Part shown: piece after piece, positions 11,301 to 19,100 of the stretch
Layout: each line of letters starts with the position of its first letter
How positions within the stretch are numbered: the first letter of the stretch is position 1
Assembly (NCBI GenBank): GCA_964551725.1
Contig: CAZKED010000001.1
Coordinates: 32,001-96,000 of the forward strand
DNA: 64,000 bases
Direction of reading: 5' to 3'
Source of the DNA: an uncultured archaeon
GTDB taxonomy: Archaea > Iainarchaeota > Iainarchaeia > Iainarchaeales > DTGL01
Position numbers and translations under genes: made by a program
Notes under the pieces: model-generated
What the model was told of the DNA's origin: nothing
The model's database searches: none
The model's input: the letters and a program-made list of their open reading frames with translations, nothing else

Positions 11301-12380
11301 GGAAACGGCAATGAAACAATTGTATGGCCGGAAAGCGCTTCTGTTAAAAAAACTGATTACAATTCGGAGAATGCGTACTTTAATTTCTGGCTCGACGGAA
11401 ACTCGGAGCAATGGATAAAGGTTTTGCTCAACGGCGAGTGGGTAACCATAAAGGATTTGAACATTGACGGAAACATGGACGTAAAAGTACTGCCCGGAAC
11501 CAACATGATTTTCACAATACAGAATGCTTCAGTCACGTCACTCAACTGGAACTCCGGCTCCAAAGAACTGAGCATTACAGCGGACGGAAGCGGAACCCAA
11601 GAAGTAGTGGTTTACGTCAACGGAAACGGAAACCCGGAAAAGATTCTCTTCGACGGACAGGAAATTTCCTCGTGGACTTATGATGCAACAGAGCAGACAG
11701 TCACTTTCACGGTTGACCTGGGCTCGCCGCACGGAATTTTGCTGAGCTGGTATTCTCCCACGCCAACCCCCACCTCGGAACAGCAGCCCGGCGGCGGAGG
11801 CCCCGGCGGCGGAGGCAGCAGCGCCTACAAGTGCGGTGACGGGGAATGCGAAGACGGCGAAAACTACTGCAATTGCCCGGATGACTGTGAGGCACAGGAA
11901 TGCGGTACCTGCGAGGAAATAAGCTGTGAAACAGGCAGTCCCGTCTGCGCTGAATTGAAGCCCTGCGTGGGAAACAACGAATGCGAGGAAGGGGAAAATT
12001 GTGCGAATGCCCCGAAAGACTGCGCGTGCGCTATTGGAACAGAATGCGTTGCAGGGGAATGCCTGCCAATAGCGTTCTGCGGCGACGGGCTGTGCCAGGA
12101 AAACGAAACAACTGAAAGCTGCCCTGAGGACTGCCGGGGCACAATAGAGGAAACCCCCGCGCCCGAAGAAACCCCAAGAGAAGAGGCTGGAACAGTAGTT
12201 GTAGCGGAAACTCCCGAGGAAGGCGCTGAAGCGCCTGCTGGTCCCACAGGATTCTTCGGACTTGGAGCGATAGGCGACGGCATTGCAACGGTACTGATAG
12301 TGATAATAATCGCTGGTGCAGTGGCATTCATCTACTTCAGCAAATTCAGGAAAACGCCGCTACAGAAAAAATCAAAGTGA
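2364..12380 (+). CDS. 3338-aa membrane-anchored surface fibre/adhesin: three parallel beta-helix modules, coiled-coil/beta-domain stalk, Ig-like domains, Cys-rich repeats, C-terminal TM
   Basis: Signal peptide ending ASAGA. Three (T/S)IQxAIDxAxxGDxIxVAAGT ... NWWG..GP ... NVE(Y/F)xPW modules. Heptad segments end in (N/S)HGT. DNTPP Ig linkers, CGDGxCxxxExxxxCPxDC repeats, then a TM helix and Lys-rich tail. Confidence 0.88.
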   Translation: MNLYSGNAHNYIFKKISFFLAVLLLLTLLTASAGAVDFTDRYVNTDGVCGGLTPCYTTIQSAIDASASGDIIHVAAGTYNETPVIDKPLILRGYQADVDPRPSQGGRTGGEAIIDAGEASSYVVRINSASGVEINGFTITGGTGDMVEESGHADNLLFQYNILYDDLGSVGDEALQVKYSDGVVIQYNYVYDAVQDALNLSSSTNGTVQYNEVHDIYSENAAIYCYDATNIDIIGNLVYNVPNNDGIKLGDSGDGSTGGSVQDNVVHDAAEDGITIYASDATVEGNEIYNCGSENGALYLYGADNATVSNNKIHDNTAIGILIHNTDNVTGTGNEVYNNNDSDDSKYAGSAGIWATNSATNIDFSTDNQVYGNTDYEVKNENAGVLLATHNWWGSATGPDAAKIYGNVEYCPWLDAAPPAGTATGPVVNQDTAQGYCSIQDAIDDATAGDTINVAAGTYTETITVNKDVTLTGANQGVDPAGSTDRGSESLIDGEITITAAGATLNGFKTDGHRVRIDHAANVEVSYNIVVNSNTHGIYIEPSSANAQILYNTVADPEWQGISNQGNSGVVISHNQVTGVSDQQPIESTNHAGTNIEITYNVVSGCTGAKGINYWGAPGAVISYNQISGTTHEAIFSDTKTNTIIGNTISNTGGPGIQLYPVAVSDAGEKSVISGNTISSTKYQGITVFGQAYTEISDNTLTGCNYYGADGTGDWDYAAIHVEDLGGSAEYSTITGNTVIDGINGIQTWSNHTTITDNEIYGMGNTYGTEKVVGARTYKNSAILVGSNWGSGDLDPVGTIIGNNDIHDNYWGLFYSADLTNGVTAKNNWWGSADGPSGFGPGSGDPVSDNVEYCPWLDSAGGDPIGPVMNGSNAYCSIQAAIDDASAGDTISVAAGTHVQTSDLVIDKSLTITKSGSEKPTIQFDGKCDNVSVEASNVTIDGIRFYKTNTEEGWNGSPTCSANTILDMPKNWATPETIVPYGDLTLQNCVFDEGRYGMYISTNNDLTVENCEFNNNLRDSIFIANIRGGTAYITDNTFNGGNSKAIIIENGADQDRAEGTIQATGNTVNGRAGNFFLYNHWPDTTKKVSLSIEDNEVDSTTYSSIVIFACGNISLDKFENISIKNNSITNAGEHAIFADATSCPGWGIPTTVSGTPNELSINHNNITGSTGKGVQNDFPITIDATKNWWGDASGPYHATLNPAGTGDAVSDNVEFSPWYADEEKTNETYIDADGDNTVDTSDINGMDSMVFDDPLDSDWVSVTFYDSDPSPAPSTIGFLGHYYNIESSLTDGTFTVTIVFSYTGAELAAAGISEGDILSVTYFDEISGTWKPAHDPPENTVEWNPDENTVTVTLTHFTPFSIIAATTMEVFDLTPDTAENGEENVGMLDISIFNGAVFDDQFKKLVVRIDATNTSDIDKGKLYKDNGDGVFDPSADTLLKTDYSLVNSRFVFNNINDEIAFGATQHYFVAFDLMPWVYHNHTIDAWIKAGGAIMLYAGSNTTDFKPAGFTTLTNDPEATISLYHDDVAQELRVWGTAPYGTNYTTIIAYDTQNNPLHTFTPVSVDGDRAYEEFLDISAWDLIKYNIVVEFYDSEDEFLISAGDLFDDLYQQALEARITDAEEDIDQLEIDVAALREDETANEADINALEDRMNDAEQDIVDLRNDLTTLQGDVSTLTGRVDDLETDLGNLQNDLVDLRADLMAWNHGTVWLVYNSSAQTLKIKGTAPLGTSEVKIRVCDKDNSNCTEALADYFSTDDYFYKTDPDYDVSSWSPQVYNIKAGFFDENNHLVDRWVTTLFTALLLEDLQDRVVGLEADVLALQFEMADLNARVTANEGTIAEHEAEIAELQGRMDEAEQDILDLYDEVADLHAMDDSLQSQIDDLNDRLAYLENERIPELEQRVSDLEDMIARMNHGTVSLNYINGTLWVWGEAPEGSARARIEIRDIVYNVLYTLDPVSIDVNNGYTAQFDTAEWDPLKYNVVVLFYGEEDVYISKVGDLFDNLYIIWLNERITFIEDTEIPRIDGEITALWDANAEQAQQIIELHTQLNDLNTELTGMINDLNEEMQAKVADLQAQIDSLREELDRISHGTFNIAFHQGFNEIWVWGEVPEGTAYFEIEVMDSYWYPTFYLPYYQDLMGGNEYEAYFDLNDWEAAKYTIMVYFYDEEDWELGFAGGLFDNLYMIWLDERITVIENELIPDLNEQINLLWDADAQQWQQIMALQQEIEDVNSELHAMIADVNAELQAKIANLQTQINALSTQLARMNHGTISLNFTNYTLRVWGEAPEGAVEARVLVYDSYGTTMPFVTSYGSVAADNSYDESLDTIEWLPLKYNIVVEFYAEGEEYIGWVGDLFDNLYMLWIEERLTVIEDVNLPYLKEQVNLLWDANAQQSQQINELHAQLDDLNAELSAMIADLNAEMQAKVAFLQAQIDDLKDQLDRMNHGTISIAFDAGDDYARVWGEAPEGTATISYYVLDAFGNYAVAPYVDVSEEFVPETNQYEFDLYTTGWASGTYTVFVLFEDDGGNTLDEVAESFEIPFFGFTNVDTDHRIETFFASYASVPIDYCIKVQHSGAYDILLSDGDGFTQSIIPEELTYIMLDENQLYCFNDYVEYEGLGSWELYLELWEYDGNEVIYSYGPISVDVVALESYIEDSSVTVMLPEPNGEGEYSDVYWTNSDGVFINAVLGDNTEAQSIYCSVSYRKTDEPFAPVDRWDLPIYSGEGKYCQGTIQTSELNNGIEGIYEMAVKADFIGAHEVEDQFYLGIDNTPPVVTEIVDPGYISGTVTLQAKVEDEASGVNLVWIAIQDKVTGDPLPGEWLATYNPGTGYYEVIFDSTLVPIDGPYNIYVEATDIAGNMGSDFIDPVIDNTPPTIEDWSMSPENPVRGETISFQATASDDPAGISSVKARIIDSLGNEYYSELAITKRTQTNFNWEFEGTMDTNNDFAAGNCNAAIVVKDNAGNTGTADENFELGNGTKREGNGNETIVWPESASVKKTDYNSENAYFNFWLDGNSEQWIKVLLNGEWVTIKDLNIDGNMDVKVLPGTNMIFTIQNASVTSLNWNSGSKELSITADGSGTQEVVVYVNGNGNPEKILFDGQEISSWTYDATEQTVTFTVDLGSPHGILLSWYSPTPTPTSEQQPGGGGPGGGGSSAYKCGDGECEDGENYCNCPDDCEAQECGTCEEISCETGSPVCAELKPCVGNNECEEGENCANAPKDCACAIGTECVAGECLPIAFCGDGLCQENETTESCPEDCRGTIEETPAPEETPREEAGTVVVAETPEEGAEAPAGPTGFFGLGAIGDGIATVLIVIIIAGAVAFIYFSKFRKTPLQKKSK
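6906..9980 (+). repeat. Intragenic repeats: six beta-domains alternating with five coiled-coil segments
   Basis: (N/S)HGT junction codons at about 7476, 8100, 8625, 9159 and 9687 (spacings 624, 525, 534, 528 nt). VWGEAPEG and GDLFDNLY motifs recur. Confidence 0.85.
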
Positions 12381-12389
12381 GCAATGAAA

Positions 12390-12411
12390 GAGGCGCTCTC
12401 CGGAGCGCCTC
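12390..12411 (+). terminator. Stem-loop downstream of the 3338-aa gene
   Basis: GAGGCGCTC-TCCG-GAGCGCCTC: 9-bp stem with a cUNCGg-type loop, followed by T-rich sequence. Confidence 0.6.
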
Positions 12412-12502
12412 GAATACCTTTTTAAAAACTTTCTCTTTCCAATTCTCTTACGTTTCTTTTCAGTGTTTTCCGGCTTGCTCCGGTGATTTGTGAGGGGGTT
12501 TA

Positions 12503-13156
12503 ATGGAAATATTTATTGATACTGCTGATATAGGGCAGATAAGGGAAGCGGCTTCTTGGGGAATTTTGAGCGGCGTTACAACCAATCCGACGCTAATCGC
12601 GCGCGCCGGGCACAAGGACTTCAAGTCCGCAGTCAAAGAAATCTGCAAAATAGTGCAGGGACCGATAAGCGCGGAGGTCCTCTCGCTCAAGGCGGAGGAA
12701 ATGGTGAGGGACGCCGAAAAGCTGGGCAAAATCCACAAGAACGTAATAATAAAAATTCCCATGTGTCCGGAAGGATTGAAGGCGATTAAAGCGCTGAGCA
12801 AAAAGGGAATCAAGGTAAACTGCACCCTTGTGTTCAGCGCAAACCAGGCATTGCTTGCAGCGATTGCTGGCGCTGCATATGTGAGCCCTTTTGTGGGCAG
12901 GCTCGACGACATTGGGAACGATGGAATGAAGGTTGTGGCGGAAATACTGCAGGTTTTCAGGAACTACGGCTTCGGGACAAAGGTGATTGTCGCAAGCGTG
13001 AGGCATCCCATGCATGTTGTTGAAGCGGCGCTACTTGGGGCGGACATTGCAACCGTTCCTTTTGACGTGCTCAAAAAAATGATTTCGCATGCGAAAACAG
13101 ATGAGGGAATCAAGAGGTTCATGGAAGACGCAAAAAAAACAAAACAGAAAATCTGA
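12503..13156 (+). CDS. tal: Transaldolase (MipB/TalC-FSA family)
   Basis: Motifs [15 protein letters not shown] and Schiff-base Lys in IIKIP. Glu in ISAEV and Phe in YVSPFVGR indicate transaldolase rather than fructose-6-phosphate aldolase. Confidence 0.92.
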   Translation: MEIFIDTADIGQIREAASWGILSGVTTNPTLIARAGHKDFKSAVKEICKIVQGPISAEVLSLKAEEMVRDAEKLGKIHKNVIIKIPMCPEGLKAIKALSKKGIKVNCTLVFSANQALLAAIAGAAYVSPFVGRLDDIGNDGMKVVAEILQVFRNYGFGTKVIVASVRHPMHVVEAALLGADIATVPFDVLKKMISHAKTDEGIKRFMEDAKKTKQKI

Positions 13157-13193
13157 ACAACAACCGGGAAAAAACAAAAAAGCGGTTTTGTGG

Positions 13194-14021
13194 ATGGGGA
13201 AAACACTTTCAAAAAAGGAAGAGGGAGAACTGCGGGAAATCGCGAGGAAAATACGCGTAATCTCGCTTAAAATGACAACAAAGAGCGACTCCGGGCATCC
13301 CGGCGGATCGCTAAGCGAAGCGGACATTCTCGCAGTGCTCTACTTTCACAAAATGAATTACAACGCAAAGAATCCGGAGGACCCGAAAAGGGACAGATTC
13401 ATTTTAAGCAAGGGGCACGCCTGCCCCGGGCTGTATGCTGCGCTTCACCTGAAGGGTGTTATTCCCGAAAAGGAACTCTGGAGGTTCAGGGAAATCAATG
13501 GAATGCTGCAGGGGCACCCTGACAGGAAAACCCCGGGAATTGAAACAATTTCCGGCTCGCTGGGGCAGGGCTTCAGCGTTGCGTGCGGAATGGCCCTCGC
13601 GGGAAAAATGGACGGAAAAAAGCACAAGGTGTATGCGCTGCTCGGGGACGGGGAAATACAGGAAGGAATTATATGGGAAGCGGCAATGTTCGCCGGCTTC
13701 CACAAACTGAACAATCTCGTGGCAATAGTGGACAAGAACGGCTGCCAGAATGACGGTTACGTAAAGGACATTCTTGACGTTGCGCCCATTGCGGGCAAGT
13801 TCAAAGCCTTCGGCTGGAACACGCTGGAAATCAACGGGCATGACGTGCGGGAGATTGCCGCTGCGCTTGACCGCGCGGACAAGTCGGAAAAACCGTTTGT
13901 GATTGTTGCAGAAACGGTAAAAGGGAAAGGCGTTTCTTTCATGGAGAACGACCCGCAATGGCACGGGAAGGCAATCTCAAAGGAGAAACTGGAAAAGGCA
14001 CTTAAGGAGCTGGGGGAATGA
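13194..14021 (+). CDS. Transketolase, N-terminal TPP-binding subunit
   Basis: Motifs SGHPGGSLS, DRFILSKGHA, LQGHP and the TPP motif GDGEIQEG...IVDKN. Start placed at ATG 13194. Confidence 0.92.
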   Translation: MGKTLSKKEEGELREIARKIRVISLKMTTKSDSGHPGGSLSEADILAVLYFHKMNYNAKNPEDPKRDRFILSKGHACPGLYAALHLKGVIPEKELWRFREINGMLQGHPDRKTPGIETISGSLGQGFSVACGMALAGKMDGKKHKVYALLGDGEIQEGIIWEAAMFAGFHKLNNLVAIVDKNGCQNDGYVKDILDVAPIAGKFKAFGWNTLEINGHDVREIAAALDRADKSEKPFVIVAETVKGKGVSFMENDPQWHGKAISKEKLEKALKELGE

Positions 14022-14986
14022 ATGCGCTGAGGAAACCGGGAGAATTTGCTGCAACGCGCGACGGCTACGGAAAGGCGCTGAGGGAAATGGGCGCAAGAGA
14101 CAAGCTCGTTGTGGCCGTGGATGCCGACCTCGCTTCCTCAACCCGCACTCTCTGGCTACGAGAGACTGCTCCGGAAAGGTTTTTTTACTCGGGAATAAGC
14201 GAAATGAACGCCGTTGGCCTTGCCACTGGACTGGCGCTCGAGGGGAAAAAGGCTTTTGTTTCAAGCTTTGCAATGTTTTTGACGGGAAGGGCATTCGAAA
14301 TAATAAGGCAGAGCGTCTGCTATGGCAATGTTCCTGTAAAAATCGTGGGGTCGCATGCGGGAATTTTTACAGGCAAGGATGGACCGACAGCGCAGGCAGC
14401 CGAGGATATTTCGTTGATGCGGACTGTGCCGAGAATGAACGTGATAGTGCCAGCGGATGCAATTGAAGCGGAGAAGGCAACGTGGTTTATGAAGGATTTT
14501 AATGAACCATGCTATCTGAGAACGAACAGGGAGAAAAGCGCTTTGATTTTCAATGATGATTACAAATTTGAATTCGGAAAAAGCGTGCTGCTCAGAAAGG
14601 GAAGCGATGCAGCAATAATTGCCTGCGGCGCCCTTGTTCCCGTTGCACTGCAGGCATCGCTCCTGCTCGAAAAGGAGGGCATTTCATTGAGGGTGATAAA
14701 CATGCACACAATAAAGCCCACAGACAAAAATGCAATTCTTAAGGCTGCAGGGGAAACGCGCGCAATTGTTACAGCGGAAGACCACCAGGTGAACGGCGGT
14801 CTTGGGAGCGCTGTGGCAGAAGTGCTCGCGGAGAACAACTGCATCATTCCTTTCAGGAGGCTGGGGCTCGAGGACATATTCGCGCAAAGCGGTTCCTCCG
14901 CGGATTTGTTCCAGAAATACGGCTTCACAAAGGAAAACATCGCGGCAAAAGTGAGGGAACTCCTCGGAAAAAAGGGCAAAAAATAA
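14018..14986 (+). CDS. Transketolase, C-terminal subunit
   Basis: Motifs DADLASST, GISEMN, GKDGPTAQ and TAEDHQVNGGLGSAVAE. ATGA overlap with the N-terminal subunit gene. Confidence 0.92.
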   Translation: MNALRKPGEFAATRDGYGKALREMGARDKLVVAVDADLASSTRTLWLRETAPERFFYSGISEMNAVGLATGLALEGKKAFVSSFAMFLTGRAFEIIRQSVCYGNVPVKIVGSHAGIFTGKDGPTAQAAEDISLMRTVPRMNVIVPADAIEAEKATWFMKDFNEPCYLRTNREKSALIFNDDYKFEFGKSVLLRKGSDAAIIACGALVPVALQASLLLEKEGISLRVINMHTIKPTDKNAILKAAGETRAIVTAEDHQVNGGLGSAVAEVLAENNCIIPFRRLGLEDIFAQSGSSADLFQKYGFTKENIAAKVRELLGKKGKK

Positions 14987-15088
14987 CAAAAAAAGGTCTT
15001 ATACATAACAGAAATTTCGGGATTTCCGCGCTTTCCGCAAAAAATCCGAAGAAAAAAGCGGGAAAAAAAGTCTGAAAAAGGTTTTTTC

Positions 15089-15760
15089 ATGGCGGGAAAA
15101 AAGGGCAAAAAAATACTGATTGCGCCCAGCATTCTGTCCGCGGATTTCGGCAGGCTCGACAGGGAGATAGAAGAAGTGCAGGATGCTGCTGACTTTGTCC
15201 ATGTGGATGTTATGGACGGCGTTTTCGTGTCCAACATTACTCTGGGGAACGCTGTTCTCGGGAAAATTAAATCGAAGAAGCCGCTTGATGTTCATTTAAT
15301 GATTGTTAATCCCGAAAAGCACGTGGAAAAATTCGCGGAAGCAGGCGCCTCAATTATTTCATTCCACGCGGAATCGACAAGTGATGCAGTTAAAACAATT
15401 TCCCTTATCAGCGATGCGGGCGCAAGACCCGCGCTCGCACTCAAACCGGGAACGCCGCTCTCGCAGGTTGAAGAACTGCTCGAGCTTGTTGATTTTGTCC
15501 TGCTCATGACTGTCGAGCCGGGCTTTCCGGCGCAGGAATTCATGAAGTCTGTACTCTTAAAAATAAGGGCGCTCAGGGAAATGAAGCCCAAAATGGACAT
15601 TGAAGTTGACGGCGGAATCAGCCCTGGAACAGCCGGTCTCGCGGCAAGGGCAGGGGCAAACGTGCTTGTCGCCGGCTCCGCGGTTTTCGGAAAAAAGGAC
15701 AGGGTTAAGGCGATTGAGGAAATAAGGAACGCCGCGGAGAGGGCTCTCGCGGGAGAATAG
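15089..15760 (+). CDS. rpe: Ribulose-phosphate 3-epimerase
   Basis: Motifs IAPSILSADF, HVDVMDGVFV, DVHLM, MTVEPGF and EVDGGI. Confidence 0.95.
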   Translation: MAGKKGKKILIAPSILSADFGRLDREIEEVQDAADFVHVDVMDGVFVSNITLGNAVLGKIKSKKPLDVHLMIVNPEKHVEKFAEAGASIISFHAESTSDAVKTISLISDAGARPALALKPGTPLSQVEELLELVDFVLLMTVEPGFPAQEFMKSVLLKIRALREMKPKMDIEVDGGISPGTAGLAARAGANVLVAGSAVFGKKDRVKAIEEIRNAAERALAGE

Positions 15761-15770
15761 CAAAAGGGAA

Positions 15771-15793
15771 AAAGCGCTCTCCGGGAGCGCTTT
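15771..15793 (+). terminator. Stem-loop downstream of rpe
   Basis: AAAGCGCTC-TCCGG-GAGCGCTTT, 9-bp stem. Confidence 0.55.
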
Positions 15794-16104
15794 ATACATA
15801 AAAAATTCAGGAACTTTTTTTGCATTTTTTCTATTTCATTCCACAGAGAAACCCAAGTATTCGGCATTCTTTCAAGCGAAAGTATTTTAAATATAAAGAC
15901 TATAATTTTACAGAGAAAATTAAAGTGAAACATTACGAGTTTGTAGATTCTACAACAAAGCAAAGGGGTTAAATTTGAGTTTCACTAAGAGAGGCAAATT
16001 TTTAAGTGGACAGAATAGGCATACGCACAGCCCTGCTTTTTCTCAATCCTATAAGCTTAATAAAATAAAGAAAAATAAAAGAGGAGTTTAGGAGGTAATT
16101 TGAA

Positions 16105-19100
16105 ATGAACTGCAAAGGTGCCGAGAAAAATTCCAAGAACGCGTTAACCAACTTCAAAGGAGAGAGAAGCCCGCCGGGGTTTTCCCAAACAAAACGTTTA
16201 TTGCTCTTTGCAGTCCTCTTTACCTCTTTGCTCCTAGCCATCGGCACCGCCTCGGCAACCTTCAGGGTTCGTGGGGACTTCCCGGACACAGGTTTGAACT
16301 ACAGGGTTGAAGCATATGATACGGCACAGGCGAACATGTGCGACGGAACACCCGACAACCCGGGAGTGGATGTAAACTATTTCAGTTCAGTATATGCCGC
16401 GGGAGACAGCTCATATGATGACGATGACGACTATGACGAAACTTCAGGCAGCGACCTTGGGGGGGCTACTCTCGTATACTTCTACCTCTGCGGTCCCGGC
16501 GGAAACGCCGCGGCAAAGGTTGTTGAATTCACAAAAGTGGTGAACGATGGAGACGACCTGGAAATAGACATTGGTTATGTGAACGGTGGGGGGAACACTC
16601 ACAACAATCTGACAGGAGACTACGTGTTCGTGTGCAGCGCTTACGGCGGCTACCTGCTTAGCAGCGTGAACAAGCAGCCAACCGACGGAGAGGGCTACAC
16701 CCAGTACTTCTATATTGACAAGAACTCTGTCGGCACTGACGCGGACAACCCCATTGATACAGCGTATGTTTTCTTCGACAACGACACAACCAATCCCTGC
16801 ACATGGGATGATTCAAAAATGGCGGGAAGGGCAATTGACTTGAACGCCTCCACTCCGGACAACTTTGGCGTTTATGCAACATACGAGCCGGACCAGTTGT
16901 CTTCGGGAGACACCCACATGGTTTTGAGGGACGCGAACATTGCCGTTTACAATTCAAGCGGTAAAAACGTCGGACTTGCACACGTTGGCTCTTTCGCCGA
17001 CGGGGACGGAACGCTTGTCGACTATAACATGTACTTCGACAACCCGGCTTCCGGGAACCTAACAATAGTTTTAACTCCGGACGGAACCCCTGTCTCCACA
17101 GCGCACAAAACAAACGTTTATAATGTTGACAGGACAATTTTTTCCGGAGGAGACTACGACTTTGTAGTGGACGTCAACGAAGCAACGGGAATTTCAACCG
17201 CGCTCAACAAAGTGCGGGTGAACATGAGCAAGGACACCGACGCTGTTTATTACCAGACAGTTCCCACAACAAGCGGGGCTACTAAAGTATACGACCTGTT
17301 TATTGACAACAACGGGACTGGATGGGACGACATACAGTACATGATTGGCGACGTGAACGAATTCATTGCCAAAAGAAACCTGAGTTCTGAAACCGACAGG
17401 CCAATCGATGTGGCAAGAGTGTACGGTGAAACGGACGCAAACCTTGAATCGGGAGACGACATGATTGAAATTTACTCCGATTCAAACTGCGCGGATGCAA
17501 ACATTTTGAATTCACAAATAGAATACCCGACCGAAACTGCAGGGGGAAACGACTACAACCAGTTCTTTGATGTCAACGGAAAGGCAACATTTTACATGAA
17601 GATTAAAATGAGAGACGGAGCAAACGACTACAACACGTGCGGGAACGCATTCACACTCACAAGCCAAGAAGCCAACCAGGACATTACCGTTGATGTGACG
17701 GGAAAAGTGCCTGACGGAAACATTTCAGTTATAGCAGTAGACATTGACCAAGATGGAACGGACGATGCAAACACAGTCAATGTACATTCAGGCGTCTACC
17801 ACGTGTTCAGTGTTACTGATGCAACGCTAGATGAAAATGTTATATTTTACAATGGGCCTTATGCAAACGATACAGTAGAACTGACTAGAATAGAAGACCT
17901 CTCTACAGCGGGAACAAAAACAGTCAACGTTGCAATGGTTTCAGGAAGCACGCACACAATTCTCAACGACGGGGATGCAGAGGACATTATAACAATTCAC
18001 AGCGACGGAGCCTGCACAACGCTTTTGAGCAGCAAGAACGAAAACCCGCTTACGGCAAGAACGCCGGACTACAACCAGTACTATGAATCAAACGGGGACA
18101 TCAACTACTACATTAAAGTGAACGCAAGGCGCAATGCAACAGACTACGTTTCCTGCATAAGGCTGGCCGGCTCGGGAAACGGCGCAGTTGACAATATCAA
18201 CATTGACCAGGCAATTGACGGAAACGCACCGGTTGACGTGCACAGGGTTGGAATCGACTGGACCACAGCAAATACAATCAACGACGTAAATTCGGATGTT
18301 GTTGGCACGGGCTTCCTGGCATTCACGCCATCGGCAAGCGCGGGGGCAGAAGCAAATATAAGGTTCTTCGACGCGAGCGGAAAACTCCTCCTGAGCAGGC
18401 AAAAGGATTTAAGTACAGGGGGAAAACAAGACATAAACGTTGCAAACGTGGGAGGAGACGCTCACACAGTGCTGGAACAGGGTTCGAGCACTATAGCCGT
18501 TTACAGTGGGTTTGACAATACGACAGGCGCATTGTCAACGCTCGTGAGTTCCGAAACAGTTAACCCCGCGGATGCAGGAGGCGCTGACTACAACCAGTAC
18601 TTTGAATACAGCGGCATTGACCAAAACTATTTCCTTAAAGTAACCGTTGTAAAGAACGGCGTTTCCTACGACACAAACGGAAACGTTTTCATGGTGGACA
18701 ACACGCACTTTACGGGAACAACATTCATTGACCACACCGATATGACAATTGACTTGACGGTCGACAAGGACGGAAATGTTACATCGGACATTCACAACGT
18801 GGGAATCGACTACAACCAGGACGGAGTAATGGAAGCATTCGCCCAAGTGCACGGAGGACAGTACCACTTGGTTGCACAGCCAGACGCTGACGGAGTGGAC
18901 GTGAACTTCTACGACAGCGGGAGAAACAGCGTTTTCGGAACGAAAAGAGCAGCGCTTACCGCGGGAAACGTGAAAATCAACGTGAGCAAGGTTTCGGGAG
19001 AACTGCCGAGCGGGTTTGAGGGAGACAATGCCTACCTGCAGTTTGACACCAACACTTGCACAATTAACGTATACGGGGACTTTAACGCAGTTGCAGCCAC

